IMG/VR virus record: IMGVR_UViG_3300037010_001838
Strand: one strand, 5' to 3'
Origin: a virus
Lineage: Duplodnaviria; Caudoviricetes
Length of the DNA stretch: 64,000 nt
Shown: positions 19,226 to 29,071 of the stretch, one piece after another
Numbering within the stretch: the stretch's first letter is position 1
How the letters are laid out: every line of letters begins with the position of its first letter
The notes under the pieces: generated by a model
The model's input: the letters and a program-made list of their open reading frames with translations, nothing else
The model's database searches: none
What the model was told of the DNA's origin: nothing
Made by a program: the position numbers and the translations under genes

Positions 19226-19490
19226 AACAACGCTCCAACAAGTGCTGTGGGTAAGCCTATCGTTAAAAAACGAGATTGAAATCTCGGCTGAGGTTTCATT
19301 GAGTTTTACAAAACGGTGAAAATTCTAGACAGGGTTCGATTCCCTACGAGTGACCAACAACGGACACTAGACATTTGACATAGTGTCCACTGAATTAAAT
19401 CTTGGTTTTCTAGTATACTAAGAGTATAATTAACATTATATTTGTAATTTGCGTTTTCGAATAAATATACCACTTGTTGGAAAAATTAAC

Positions 19491-20093
19491 ATGATCAAAA
19501 ATTTTATGTTTTTAATGATGCTGGTTGTTTCAACACATGTTTACGCTCTTAGTTATTCTATTGTAAATTGGAGACTGATATTGTCGGGTGATATCACGAA
19601 AAAAGATTTAACCGAAATGCCAAAATATCTGACAAATCAAATAGATACAGTTGTGTTTGATAGTGTAAATGGAGGAGATGCTGGAACGACTTTAGAGTTG
19701 CTTCCATTATTTGAAGCAAGACCGAGAGTTCATATCGTTTCTGGGTTTTGTGAAAGTTCCTGTGTAATTATGTTTTTAGCCGGAACAGATAGAATATCTT
19801 ATGGTATAATTGGACTCCATTCTGTATATTCGTATGACACAAACAAGATAAACCCCCATCTAAGCCATCTCTTTAATAAGTATGTTGAAAAAAGACTTGG
19901 TTCAAAGTATGACAAGCAGTTATTTTCTTTTGTTTTTAATAAAATGATAGACCACAATGAATTGTTGATTTTTAGCAAAAATGATTTTGGAAAATTGTGT
20001 GGTTCTGATTCTTGTGGGACACCAATCGCAAGAACTGCTGAAGAACTGGGATTGACAACAGATAAACATTTTATGTTAACATCCAACTGGTAA
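19491..20093 (+). CDS. exported protein, Clp/crotonase-like fold
   Basis: signal peptide ending VYA; DSVNGG and GFCESSC...FLAG motifs. Confidence 0.55.
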   Translation: MIKNFMFLMMLVVSTHVYALSYSIVNWRLILSGDITKKDLTEMPKYLTNQIDTVVFDSVNGGDAGTTLELLPLFEARPRVHIVSGFCESSCVIMFLAGTDRISYGIIGLHSVYSYDTNKINPHLSHLFNKYVEKRLGSKYDKQLFSFVFNKMIDHNELLIFSKNDFGKLCGSDSCGTPIARTAEELGLTTDKHFMLTSNW

Positions 20094-20098
20094 CAAAC

Positions 20099-20172
20099 GC
20101 CGCCTTCGTATAATGGTATTACGCAACCTTTGTAACGTTGATATGTCAGTTCGATTCTGACAGGTGGCTCCA
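20099..20172 (+). tRNA. tRNA-Thr(UGU)
   Basis: loop TT-TGT-AA, CCA. Confidence 0.85.
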
Positions 20173-20266
20173 AATTGATTGTAAAATTTGACTTGCAAGC
20201 AACCGAGTTGGAATAGCTGGAGTGACTCTGGTAGACGGTTCAATTCCGTATCAATCAATTAACAAT

Positions 20267-20342
20267 GGTGACCATAGTGTAAAGGTAGCATTTCTCGCTG
20301 TGAACGAGGAGGAGTGGGTTCAATTTCCCACTGGTCACCCCA
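20267..20342 (+). tRNA. tRNA-His(GUG)
   Basis: loop CT-GTG-AA, G-1:C73, CCA. Confidence 0.9.
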
Positions 20343-20386
20343 ATTCAATCGTTGACTTTTTATAATAAATCTGTAAAATTAGTTTT

Positions 20387-20443
20387 AAGACACTAACAGC
20401 AACTCAAAAAACTTTCTATGCTAAGGAAACTAAACGTGTCTTG
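20387..20443 (+). ncRNA. stem-ACAGCAA family RNA copy E3
   Basis: AAGACAC-TAACAGCAA...GTGTCTT-G directly after a TTGACT/TAAAAT promoter. Confidence 0.6.
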
Positions 20444-20567
20444 TTCACAAAAACAGTAACTAAAACAAGGAGGGTAGGGAAATGCTAAACGCAAACAAAA
20501 ATGGAAGAAACACTTCGGTCTAAGACAAGTAGGAATAACTACCGACAACAAACCAGTTATCAGTGGT

Positions 20568-20804
20568 TTGGATGTATTCAAACACACAGAAACTCTTGGT
20601 ATCCCTCTCGAATTTATAATTGACCATATTAAAGAAAACAACTGTGTTGTAAATTGGTTGGAGTTTTTAACTGTGTCGATTGAGCACGGGTGGAACATAA
20701 AATCAACAATAACAAAAATTGAATATGCTCTCGTTGATGTATACGATAAGGTGTATGCAAACGAAGTAATTTCAAGGTTAAAACAACTAATCGCTTTCAA
20801 TTAG
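20568..20804 (+). CDS. hypothetical protein
   Basis: FKHTETLGIPLE motif; real start probably upstream (~20481) across a frameshift. Confidence 0.5.
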   Translation: MDVFKHTETLGIPLEFIIDHIKENNCVVNWLEFLTVSIEHGWNIKSTITKIEYALVDVYDKVYANEVISRLKQLIAFN

Positions 20805-20899
20805 TAAGGAACATTAAATTCAAATTTCCCCTAAACTGGTTTGATAAATATAAAATGGTTTGATAAATAGTGCTACAATATCGACCCAAAGGAAATCAA

Positions 20900-21946
20900 A
20901 TGTCAAAAGTTCTATTTATATTGAAGCGAAAAGAAAATTACGGTGTGGCTAATTTTCATGAACCAAGAGGATTGTCAACGGGTTTACTAAATTCAGCGTC
21001 ATATGTAAGTGATATGTTAAACAGTATTGGAATTTCATCAGAGATTGAAATTGCTGTCGATAATAATTGCATTGACAGGATTGTAACACAACACAAACCT
21101 TCCGTTGTGATTATAGAAGCTTTGTGGGTTGTTCCAGAAAAATTTGAAATTCTTCAAAAACTTCATCCTAGTATTCGTTGGATTGTAAGACTTCACAGTG
21201 AAGTTCCGTTTATGGCTCAAGAAGGAATTGCATTCGCTTGGATTACTGACTATTTAAAATATAAAAACGTTTACGTTGGTGTCAATTCACTAAGAATGGT
21301 TAAAAGTTTAATAAACCTTCATTTGAATAGTGAGGGGGCTGAAGATAAGTTTTTGTTTATGCCAAACTATTATCCAATTTTAAACACAAAAACAAAAGTT
21401 CCTGATTATAAATCAGAGGAACTCAACATTGGATGCTTTGGGGCTGTTAGACCATTGAAAAATCATATACACCAAGCACTAGCAGCAATTCACTTTGCTG
21501 ACAAAGAAAACAAAAAACTTAATTTTCACATTAACGCTAACAGACTTGAAATGAAAGGGGAACCAATTCTCCACAATTTACGAAGAATGTTTGACCGTCA
21601 GAAACAACATGGTCATAAATTAGTCGAACACGCATGGCAACCAAGAGAAGAATTTTTGGAATTGTGCGGGCAAGTGGATGTTGGAATGCAGGTGTCTTTT
21701 AGTGAAACGTTTAATATTGTTGGGGCGGACCTTATAAATCAAGGGATTCCAGTTGTTTCTTCAAGTGAAATTCCATGGGCAGTAGGATTTTTTGGTGCAA
21801 GTCCAGTAGACCAAGATTCCATCGAACGTGGGTTAAGTAGAGCATATCATTGTCCGAGAACGAATAGATATCTCAACTTCTTGAAATTACATTCTTATTC
21901 AGAAAATAGTTTAAGTGTGTGGAAAAAATTATTTTCTAATGTGTAA
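20900..21946 (+). CDS. glycosyltransferase (GT-B, family 1/4-like)
   Basis: NIGCFGAVRPLKN and VSFSETFNIVGAD motifs. Confidence 0.75.
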   Translation: MSKVLFILKRKENYGVANFHEPRGLSTGLLNSASYVSDMLNSIGISSEIEIAVDNNCIDRIVTQHKPSVVIIEALWVVPEKFEILQKLHPSIRWIVRLHSEVPFMAQEGIAFAWITDYLKYKNVYVGVNSLRMVKSLINLHLNSEGAEDKFLFMPNYYPILNTKTKVPDYKSEELNIGCFGAVRPLKNHIHQALAAIHFADKENKKLNFHINANRLEMKGEPILHNLRRMFDRQKQHGHKLVEHAWQPREEFLELCGQVDVGMQVSFSETFNIVGADLINQGIPVVSSSEIPWAVGFFGASPVDQDSIERGLSRAYHCPRTNRYLNFLKLHSYSENSLSVWKKLFSNV

Positions 21947-21980
21947 TTAATTGAATTAACCACGAGGAGATTAAAGAACT

Positions 21981-22349
21981 ATGAAGATTGAAGAGTTAAT
22001 GGAAAGTTTGGTTGTTTGGAAACCAATTGACGGTTGGTCAAACTATGAAGTTTCTAACACAGGACAAGTTCGTTCGACTAAAACAAATAAAGTTTTGGCC
22101 CAAGAAGAACACTACGGTCACGACAAAAAATCTCCGTATATGAGAGTTCACTTGTCACAAAATGGAGTCAAAAAACACCTTAGAGTGAACAGGTTAGTTG
22201 CATATGCTTTTATTGGACCACCACCAGATCGTAATATGCACGTAGACCATAAAGATAATAACACCAGAAATAACAAATCAACAAATCTTCAGTGGCTTAC
22301 TCCTACTGAAAATTTAAAAAAACGTCTAGCACATAAGTCAGAACATTAA
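21981..22349 (+). CDS. NUMOD4/HNH homing endonuclease
   Basis: WKPIDGWSNYEVSNTGQVRS; VDHKDNNTRNNKSTNLQW. Confidence 0.9.
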   Translation: MKIEELMESLVVWKPIDGWSNYEVSNTGQVRSTKTNKVLAQEEHYGHDKKSPYMRVHLSQNGVKKHLRVNRLVAYAFIGPPPDRNMHVDHKDNNTRNNKSTNLQWLTPTENLKKRLAHKSEH

Positions 22350-22375
22350 TTACAAAAACTGTTTCTATTTCAAAA

Positions 22376-22452
22376 GCCACATAAGCAGAACTGGTGATGC
22401 GCCTGTTTCGTAATCAGGAAATACGTTGGGTTCAAGTCCCCGATGTGGCACC
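22376..22452 (+). tRNA. tRNA-Thr(CGU)
   Basis: CCTGT-TTCGTAA-TCAGG. Confidence 0.85.
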
Positions 22453-22469
22453 TACACAAAAATAACTAA

Positions 22470-22765
22470 ACCTTCTATATCTATAAATTTATCGATAATA
22501 GCGTCTTCAATTAAAGATTTGTTTCCAGAAAAGGTGTCTCATCAAATAGTTGGTCTTGAACTTATTGGTGATGAATTAATCGCAACGCTTGAAACTTTGG
22601 ATACACCAGAAGGAATTGAAGTCAAAACACTGATTGAGAATGTCCCCACTGAATGTCGACCAACCGGAGTTGGGTATATCGTTGATGACCCAACAGGACA
22701 ATCATCTGGAATAATTAAAGAAGAATTTAGGATTTACGAATGTTGCGATAGTTCCAAAAGATTAA
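22470..22765 (+). pseudogene. prohead-protease (gp21-like) domain remnant
   Basis: VSHQIVGLELIGDELIATLETLDTPEG resembles the T4 gp21 VSH...LDTP.G motif; no clear start; boundaries approximate. Confidence 0.4.
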
Positions 22766-22766
22766 T

Positions 22767-22840
22767 AGACCACAAGTGTTACGGTAGCACAGCGGCCTCC
22801 AAAGCCGCGGGTCGGGGTTCGACTCCCTGGTGGTCTGCCA
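22767..22840 (+). tRNA. tRNA-Trp(CCA)
   Basis: GCGGC-CTCCAAA-GCCGC, CCA. Confidence 0.95.
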
Positions 22841-22918
22841 AATGGATGAAAATGTATAGATTTGAAGTGTACGTGATAGATCGAGAAGGTTTTGGTCCAC
22901 ATGGTGCAAGATAATATT

Positions 22919-22995
22919 GGTGATGTGGGTGAAAAGGTAATACCGCCTTGCTCATAACGAGGAACATTCCAGTTCGATTCTGGACATCACCACCA
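22919..22995 (+). tRNA. tRNA-Met/Ile2(CAU)
   Basis: loop CT-CAT-AA, paired G1:C72, CCA. Confidence 0.9.
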
Positions 22996-23024
22996 AGACA
23001 TTAAAACGCAAAAAACGTGTCTTG
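22995..23024 (+). ncRNA. minimal or degenerate stem-ACAGCAA copy E4
   Basis: AAGACAT-TAAAACGCAA-AAAAC-GTGTCTT-G between two tRNAs. Confidence 0.35.
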
Positions 23025-23028
23025 TTGC

Positions 23029-23102
23029 GCCCTTATAGTATATTGGTATTACTCTTCTCTGGTATAGAAGGAAATGCAGTTCAATTCTGCATGAGGGCAC
23101 CA
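23029..23102 (+). tRNA. tRNA-Thr(GGU)
   Basis: CTTCT-CTGGTAT-AGAAG, CCA. Confidence 0.9.
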
Positions 23103-23129
23103 TAAATAATAAAAACTGGAGAATCTAAC

Positions 23130-23366
23130 ATGAAAATTCGTGATTTCTTAAATGAAACTGTTTACAATTTAAATAAAACTGATGATATAGATAAAGGAAA
23201 TATTGATCCAGAGAAATATTATGTGTTTATCAGAACTGTTGACCCAACACTTGTCGGACCTTTTAACACATCAAGTGAAGCACATAAATACATGAATGGA
23301 GAGTATGTTACTGATCGTGTAGAAAAGATCGTTGTAAGTGGAACTGAAGCAAAAAGATTATTTTAA
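23130..23366 (+). CDS. late protein with capsid-targeting-like N-terminus
   Basis: TAAATA upstream, GGAG RBS, MKIRDFLNE. Confidence 0.65.
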   Translation: MKIRDFLNETVYNLNKTDDIDKGNIDPEKYYVFIRTVDPTLVGPFNTSSEAHKYMNGEYVTDRVEKIVVSGTEAKRLF

Positions 23367-23395
23367 ACGAATCCAACTTGTTTGTTGATATTAGT

Positions 23396-23510
23396 GTTGT
23401 TGTATATCAGTTGGTTAGAGATAACGTCTGCTCGAGGGTGTAGCCCCCGGTAAAGGACCGCAACGCTGCAGATAAAACGTTCGCCGATGGTTCGAGTCCA
23501 TCCAACAACA
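23396..23510 (+). tRNA. tRNA-like gene with ~41-nt structured insertion in the anticodon loop
   Basis: normal acceptor, D and T arms; AACGT-CTG[insert]ATAA-AACGTT. Confidence 0.7.
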
Positions 23511-23519
23511 CTAGATTTT

Positions 23520-23593
23520 GGGGCTGTAGTATAAAGGGATTACGGAAGCTTTGCAAGCTTTTTATCGGGGTTCGATTCCCCGCAGTTCCACCA
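23520..23593 (+). tRNA. tRNA-Ala(UGC)
   Basis: loop TT-TGC-AA, G3:U70, CCA. Confidence 0.9.
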
Positions 23594-23742
23594 AATTTTA
23601 CAATACAGGAAAGTAACGGAACCGAGAGCCTGTATCTCTCCGACGTTCCAGCCTTTTAATTCAGTTGTCTTCAAATTTAACATCTGGTATAATCTCTTAT
23701 AATAAATACTTTACAAATATAACTATAATGGAGAACAATATT

Positions 23743-24096
23743 ATGTCAATAAAAGAACTTGTAGCAATAAGTGATACACCATCAAAGATAGAAAAGGTGG
23801 AAAAGATATCTTCTGACATTTTAATAATTGTTCGAGATATGATAGCAACTATGGAACACCATAACCTCAAATATATTACAGCTCCAGACATTGGTGTTAA
23901 CCAACAAATTATCGCAGTTGATGTTACAGATCACGAACTTGGTATTTTAATAGCAGTAAATCCTGAAGTTGTGTACGATGAAGATGAGGTGTTAATTGTT
24001 GAATATGTTGATTTGTCAGGTCAAGTACAATCATCAGTATTCCACAAAAAACTCGCTAGTTTTATTCGCCACGCGTTATATGAAATTGGGGTATAA
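23743..24096 (+). CDS. peptide deformylase-like protein, catalytic motifs degenerate
   Basis: YITAPDIGVNQQIIAVD...AVNPEV matches the PDF N-half; EGCLS missing; HEXXH replaced by HALYE. Confidence 0.7.
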   Translation: MSIKELVAISDTPSKIEKVEKISSDILIIVRDMIATMEHHNLKYITAPDIGVNQQIIAVDVTDHELGILIAVNPEVVYDEDEVLIVEYVDLSGQVQSSVFHKKLASFIRHALYEIGV

Positions 24097-24098
24097 CA

Positions 24099-24359
24099 AT
24101 GTTGAAAGTAGCTTTTTTACAAACATGGAAACGTCACAGCTTTGAATTCGTTTTATTAATGATAATATCTGTCCTTTCTTTGAAATTCATTTTCTTGGAA
24201 ATTGACTGTACTAAAGGAATTACTACAGCGGAATTGTTGATAGCAGGGTTTTTTTGGTTAGTAACTGTATTATATCCCATATTGTCGTTTTTAACTTTTT
24301 ATTTTCAAGCTAAAATAGATCGATTACAAGAGGAGATTGACGAAAATGGCAAAGTTTGA
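24099..24359 (+). CDS. small membrane protein
   Basis: two hydrophobic segments. Confidence 0.6.
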   Translation: MLKVAFLQTWKRHSFEFVLLMIISVLSLKFIFLEIDCTKGITTAELLIAGFFWLVTVLYPILSFLTFYFQAKIDRLQEEIDENGKV

Positions 24360-25218
24360 GTGGAGTGAAGTTTTTACTTCAATAGAAGGTGAAGGACCTT
24401 ATGCTGGTGTACCAACAGCATATATCCGATTCACAAAGTGCAACTTTATGTGTAAAGGTTTTAATAATCCAACCCACATAGATACCGAAACAAACATAGG
24501 GTTAGGATTTGACCCCACGAAATTTAAAACATTAAAAGAACTACCACCAATTACTCTTGGGTGTGATAGCATTTATGCTTGGGACAATCGTTTTGCTCAT
24601 TTGTGGCAGTCTGGAAATGAGGAACAATTAATTGATGCTGTATTAGATACTATTCCCCACAAATCTTGGGTTCATCCTGTAACTGGACAACCAGTCATCT
24701 TGAGTTTAACAGGTGGAGAACCAACTCTCCGTCAAAAACAACTTTCTGCTTTGTTAAATCATCCAAAGATGGACGATTGTAAACATCTATTAATTGAAAC
24801 AAATTGTTCAGTTCCTATACGTGATGATTTCATTAATTTACTAAATTCGTGGTGGAAACCTGGACGAAAGATCACATTTGCCAATTCACCAAAACTCCGG
24901 GCAAGTGGAGAAAAATGGGAAGATGCGATTAAACCAGAGGTCGCGTTAGCGCAACAAAGAGTAAAGCGTGCTGAACAATATTTTAAATTTGTGTGTGATG
25001 CAAATGCAGAAGATTTTGATGAAGTTGAACGAGCGATGAAAGTTTATTGGGATGCTGGTGTTGTTCAACTAAATAATGTTCTAATTATGCCAACCGCGTG
25101 TACTGAAGAGCAACAAACAAACATAGCGGCGACTGTTGCTAATATGTGTATTGAAAAAGGGTATACATTCTGTTATAGAGTGCATGTTCCTGTATTTAAG
25201 AACGCAATTGGAACTTAA
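24346..25218 (+). CDS. queE: 7-carboxy-7-deazaguanine synthase (radical SAM)
   Basis: SEVFTSIEGEGPYAGVPTAYIRFTKCNFMC...GCDS; LTGGEP; LIETN. Confidence 0.85.
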   Translation: MAKFEWSEVFTSIEGEGPYAGVPTAYIRFTKCNFMCKGFNNPTHIDTETNIGLGFDPTKFKTLKELPPITLGCDSIYAWDNRFAHLWQSGNEEQLIDAVLDTIPHKSWVHPVTGQPVILSLTGGEPTLRQKQLSALLNHPKMDDCKHLLIETNCSVPIRDDFINLLNSWWKPGRKITFANSPKLRASGEKWEDAIKPEVALAQQRVKRAEQYFKFVCDANAEDFDEVERAMKVYWDAGVVQLNNVLIMPTACTEEQQTNIAATVANMCIEKGYTFCYRVHVPVFKNAIGT

Positions 25219-25331
25219 ATGAGTGACTTATATGAAGTGTCCTGATACTAACCATCAGGCTTCCTTCTGTAGTATTGATTTATGTTGGTATTGATATTTT
25301 ACGAAACAACTCACACAAATATAGGTGAAAT

Positions 25332-26294
25332 GTGTCTCTTTCAAATGTTAAGATTTTCGCTGGAAATTCAAATATTGAATTCGCCACAAAGATAGCAAGT
25401 AGGATGGGGTTAGCACTCGGTAAGGCTAAAGTAAGTAAGTTCAAAGACGGTGAAACATCTGTTGAAATTGAAGAGTCGGTTAGAGGAAGTGTTGTATTTG
25501 TTATTCAGTCAACGTGCAATCCTGTTAACGACAATTTAATGGAATTATTGACAATGACAGACGCATTAAGAAGAGCTGCTGCAAAACGCATTATTGCAGT
25601 TGTTCCTTATTATGGATATTCCAGACAAGATAGGCGTCCAGGATTTAGCCGTGGACCAATTACTTCCCGTCTTGTAGCAGATGTGATTCAAGCAGCTGGT
25701 ATTGACCATTTAGTATCGGTTGATATTCATTCTCTTCAACAACAAGGGTTTTTTACGATTCCCTTTACTAACATTTCCGCTTCCGTTGAATTCATTAAAG
25801 ATATCAGAATGATGTATCGTAAAGAAAAAGAAGAAAAAACACTTATGGTTGTTTCTCCTGATATCGGTGGAGTATTACGTTCTAGACAAATTGCAGAACA
25901 GTTAAACGGTGACACTCAATTAGCTATTGTGGATAAACGTCGCCCACGAGCTGGTGAATCAGAAGTTATGAACATCATCGGTGACGTAGAGGGAAAAGTT
26001 TGTATTATGGTTGATGATATTGTAGATACAGCTGGAACTTTATGTAAGGCTGCGAAATCTTTAAAGGACCATGGTGCTCTTAAAGTTGTTGCTTATGCCA
26101 CTCACCCTGTATTATCAGATAATGCTTACGAGAATTTAACTCATTCAGTGTTAGACGAATTAGTAGTAACAGATACAATTCCACTAATAGGCAATGTTCC
26201 AAATAACATCAGACAATTATCAATTAGTGATTTGGTTGCAGAAACTATACGAAGAATGAGGTCCAAGCAGTCTGTTAGTCAAATATATGTTTAA
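25332..26294 (+). CDS. prs: ribose-phosphate pyrophosphokinase
   Basis: FKDGET, PYYGYSRQDRR, VSPDIGG, MVDDIVDTAGT. Confidence 0.97.
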   Translation: MSLSNVKIFAGNSNIEFATKIASRMGLALGKAKVSKFKDGETSVEIEESVRGSVVFVIQSTCNPVNDNLMELLTMTDALRRAAAKRIIAVVPYYGYSRQDRRPGFSRGPITSRLVADVIQAAGIDHLVSVDIHSLQQQGFFTIPFTNISASVEFIKDIRMMYRKEKEEKTLMVVSPDIGGVLRSRQIAEQLNGDTQLAIVDKRRPRAGESEVMNIIGDVEGKVCIMVDDIVDTAGTLCKAAKSLKDHGALKVVAYATHPVLSDNAYENLTHSVLDELVVTDTIPLIGNVPNNIRQLSISDLVAETIRRMRSKQSVSQIYV

Positions 26295-26346
26295 AATATT
26301 TTAAAATTGCTGTATAGTTCTACAACAATTAAATTGGAGAAAAAAA

Positions 26347-27309
26347 ATGATAACACAAATCCCAGATAGTTTCAAAGAACCAGAATCATCAACAATGTTT
26401 CTCAGCAATTTAACCGTTGTTGATCACGCCTATATTGATAACGAAGGCTGTGTTAAAGGTGGGTCTTTCAATCCCAGTTTTATCGTATCTGGTCGTCCTG
26501 ACCCAACAGAAAAAGTCGTTGTAGACTTTTCCACTATTAAAAAAGATATTAAAACTGCTATTGATAAACACGAATTTGATATACACAAAAATGGTTTTGA
26601 TCATAAATTGTGGATAATTGAAGGATATTCGAACGTTGTCTCTATTGATGATAGTTCCGACGATGTTGTTACAATTGTAACACCAAATATGACTTTAATT
26701 TTGGCAAAAGACGCTGTTCGAGTCATAGAACAAGAAATGAACACAAATTCAGAATACAGTGTCTACTATATTGGTGATGCTTTTCAACGACACGTTCAAA
26801 CATATCTACAAACAAAGTATCCAGATATTAATGTAAAGGTTCAATGTTTTAATAATGTGGATGAACATTTAATTGACATTATGGTTGCTACAGCCACATT
26901 TCACTACGTTCACGGATTAAAAGATTCAACATCGTTTGGTTGTCAAAACATTGCTCATGGTCATCGTTCGTTTATCCATACCGATAACGTAAGTTATAAT
27001 AGTTTGGTATATGATGAATTGTGTGAAATTGCTAAAGAGTTGGACGACACAGTGTTTGTTCGTAAAGATAACGTATTATCAATTACACCCAACGAAATAG
27101 TGATTGGTTATTCAACCGAACAGCGTGGACGTTTCAAAATGACACTGAACACTGATTATCATAAAGTTGTAGTTCTTCCTACTGAAACAACCGTTGAGTT
27201 TTTAGCTGCGTATATTAAGCAATATTATAGTACGAAATTGAAAGTCCTTGGAGCACGAGAAATTTATGTTAGCGAAGGACTTTCCAAAGGTGCTGTTGAA
27301 CATCTATAA
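26347..27309 (+). CDS. QueD/6-pyruvoyl-tetrahydropterin synthase-like tandem-domain protein
   Basis: VVDFSTIK, FDHKL, YVHGLKDSTSFGCQNIAHGH, ETTVE, VSEGLSKG. Confidence 0.75.
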   Translation: MITQIPDSFKEPESSTMFLSNLTVVDHAYIDNEGCVKGGSFNPSFIVSGRPDPTEKVVVDFSTIKKDIKTAIDKHEFDIHKNGFDHKLWIIEGYSNVVSIDDSSDDVVTIVTPNMTLILAKDAVRVIEQEMNTNSEYSVYYIGDAFQRHVQTYLQTKYPDINVKVQCFNNVDEHLIDIMVATATFHYVHGLKDSTSFGCQNIAHGHRSFIHTDNVSYNSLVYDELCEIAKELDDTVFVRKDNVLSITPNEIVIGYSTEQRGRFKMTLNTDYHKVVVLPTETTVEFLAAYIKQYYSTKLKVLGAREIYVSEGLSKGAVEHL

Positions 27310-27490
27310 TTATGACAGTTAAAATCTTCAAATATCTAATGTATTTGATGGTTTGTGAAGTGATCGTATGGAATTCTTAAAACTACTACTTCTCATATTT
27401 GAAACTGAAGGAATGGTAATTGTGGTATTTCTATTATTTATGTGGTTAGTTGCACCCAAATTAAGGTTTGAGAAAGACGAAGAAAGTTAA

Positions 27491-27682
27491 ATGCCTCTTT
27501 ATACTTATCAATGTTCATCGTGTCATTCGAAAGAAGATGTGCTCGAAAAAGTCCAAGAATCCAATGAACCAAAAATTTGTCCATCTTGTGGAAAACCAAC
27601 GTTTTTGAGAATTATCTCACAAGGAATACCCTTTCATCTAAAAGGTGAAGGGTATTACGAAACTGACTTTAAAAACAAGTAG
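27491..27682 (+). CDS. FmdB-family zinc-ribbon protein
   Basis: MPLYTYQCSSC...CPSCG...FHLKGEGYYETD. Confidence 0.9.
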   Translation: MPLYTYQCSSCHSKEDVLEKVQESNEPKICPSCGKPTFLRIISQGIPFHLKGEGYYETDFKNK

Positions 27683-27869
27683 TCAATCGCGTTCTTTGTT
27701 CAATGGCTTCGGAGATGAACGTGATCAACTCCGTATACTCTGTCGGATCATACACCATTACTACCGTTGTTTTTAGTGGGCTGGTTTGTCTAAAATAGTC
27801 GTCCACCACCACATCAAACAATTGATTGTCAACATAATCAATTGTCCAAGTGGTTTCCCCAAATAGCAA
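27669..27869 (-). CDS. hypothetical protein
   Basis: ORF in the repeat-bounded segment. Confidence 0.35.
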   Translation of the reverse strand: MLFGETTWTIDYVDNQLFDVVVDDYFRQTSPLKTTVVMVYDPTEYTELITFISEAIEQRTRLTTCF

Positions 27870-27880
27870 ATACTGCGGTA

Positions 27881-28051
27881 CTATTCTGTGGGTGACTTAA
27901 TTTTGATTCTGTATTTTGAGTGAGGTGATCCTGTAGGCTCGGTTCTCACCCAGAGAACAGTTCCTGGTGGGAGGCCTGTATTGTGGGAGGAAAAGTTTAA
28001 CATCTCATACAGAGATGGTTCAAAGTATTCATTCAATTCTGTTAATTTCAT
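27881..28051 (-). CDS. small protein with capsid-targeting-like N-terminus, possibly truncated
   Basis: MKLTELNE start. Confidence 0.5.
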   Translation of the reverse strand: MKLTELNEYFEPSLYEMLNFSSHNTGLPPGTVLWVRTEPTGSPHSKYRIKIKSPTE

Positions 28052-28083
28052 GTGGTCATTATACCACCAACTGATGACGAAAG

Positions 28084-28374
28084 TCAACCACCTTCTCTGA
28101 TCTTACGAATTGCTTCGTCTCGGTCAGATGATTCTTTCTTCATCTGGTATGCAGCTTCTGTGCAATCGTCAACGCTGACCATACCCGTTGCAATCGCAAC
28201 CACGCACAGTGCCCGGATTTCATCTGAGTGCAGCGAAATGTGTTTTTGATCGTCAAAGTTGAATGTCAATCCTTCACCGTTCCACCATTCAGAAAAGTGA
28301 ACGCTAACGGGGACGAGGCTTGTGTCATCTTCGAACAATCCGGAGATCGTGTTATATCGTATGTCTTTTGTCAT
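28084..28374 (-). CDS. hypothetical protein
   Basis: 96 aa, coupled to neighbouring ORFs. Confidence 0.55.
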   Translation of the reverse strand: MTKDIRYNTISGLFEDDTSLVPVSVHFSEWWNGEGLTFNFDDQKHISLHSDEIRALCVVAIATGMVSVDDCTEAAYQMKKESSDRDEAIRKIREGG

Positions 28375-28616
28375 TCAGTTGAATCCCGATCGTCTGTTAC
28401 GTGTGCCTTCAACTGTTTAAGAATTTTATTGATAGCTTGTTGGTCGTGCACTCTGCACGACGTTATGATGGTTGGGTGAAATACTCTACCCGAATCACTT
28501 TCTTCTGTCATATCAAGGTAGTAGAAGAATTCTTTCACCAATTGCTTTAATGTGTCCTGACCAGTCGCTGTTACTTCAGCAAGGTCTGTTAGCGTTTTAT
28601 CAGTGTACATATTCAT
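28371..28616 (-). CDS. hypothetical protein
   Basis: 81 aa, coupled to the downstream ORF. Confidence 0.55.
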   Translation of the reverse strand: MNMYTDKTLTDLAEVTATGQDTLKQLVKEFFYYLDMTEESDSGRVFHPTIITSCRVHDQQAINKILKQLKAHVTDDRDSTE

Positions 28617-29071
28617 TTAGAATTCAATTTCAAGTGCGTTTGCAAACACGTTGGCATCTGCAATTGCGCGTGTAGAAAGGTGTTGAAGTTTGATCACAAA
28701 TACTCCAGATAAAATAACAGGATGAAGCAATCATCTCACATTCACCCCATAAAGTCAACAATCACTTTTTCAACGGTAAAAACACAACGGTAAAGGATGT
28801 ATTCCAGAGTATGGTTTTGTTCCTGATGCTTTTTCCACTCATCGTGAAACTTCCACTCAAGAGGTTCACGCGATAAGCGGTGGACGTTCTTACCGTCGTG
28901 CGCCATTACTCTGTAACCTCTTCTTCTGTGAACAGTACCCAAGTTCCTGGTGCGTATGCAACAGCAACCAGGCCAGATTCCATCAAAATGTTTTTGAGAA
29001 TTATCTCACAAGGAATACCCTTTCATCTAAAAGGTGAAGGGTATTACGAAACTGACTTTAAAAACAAGTAG

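Noticed and set aside
19232-19356. tmRNA or intact tRNA-Ser
   Set aside because: There is a T arm and an ACCA end, but the anticodon-like loop has 6 nt, acceptor pairing is poor and there is no tag ORF; treated as a degenerate remnant.
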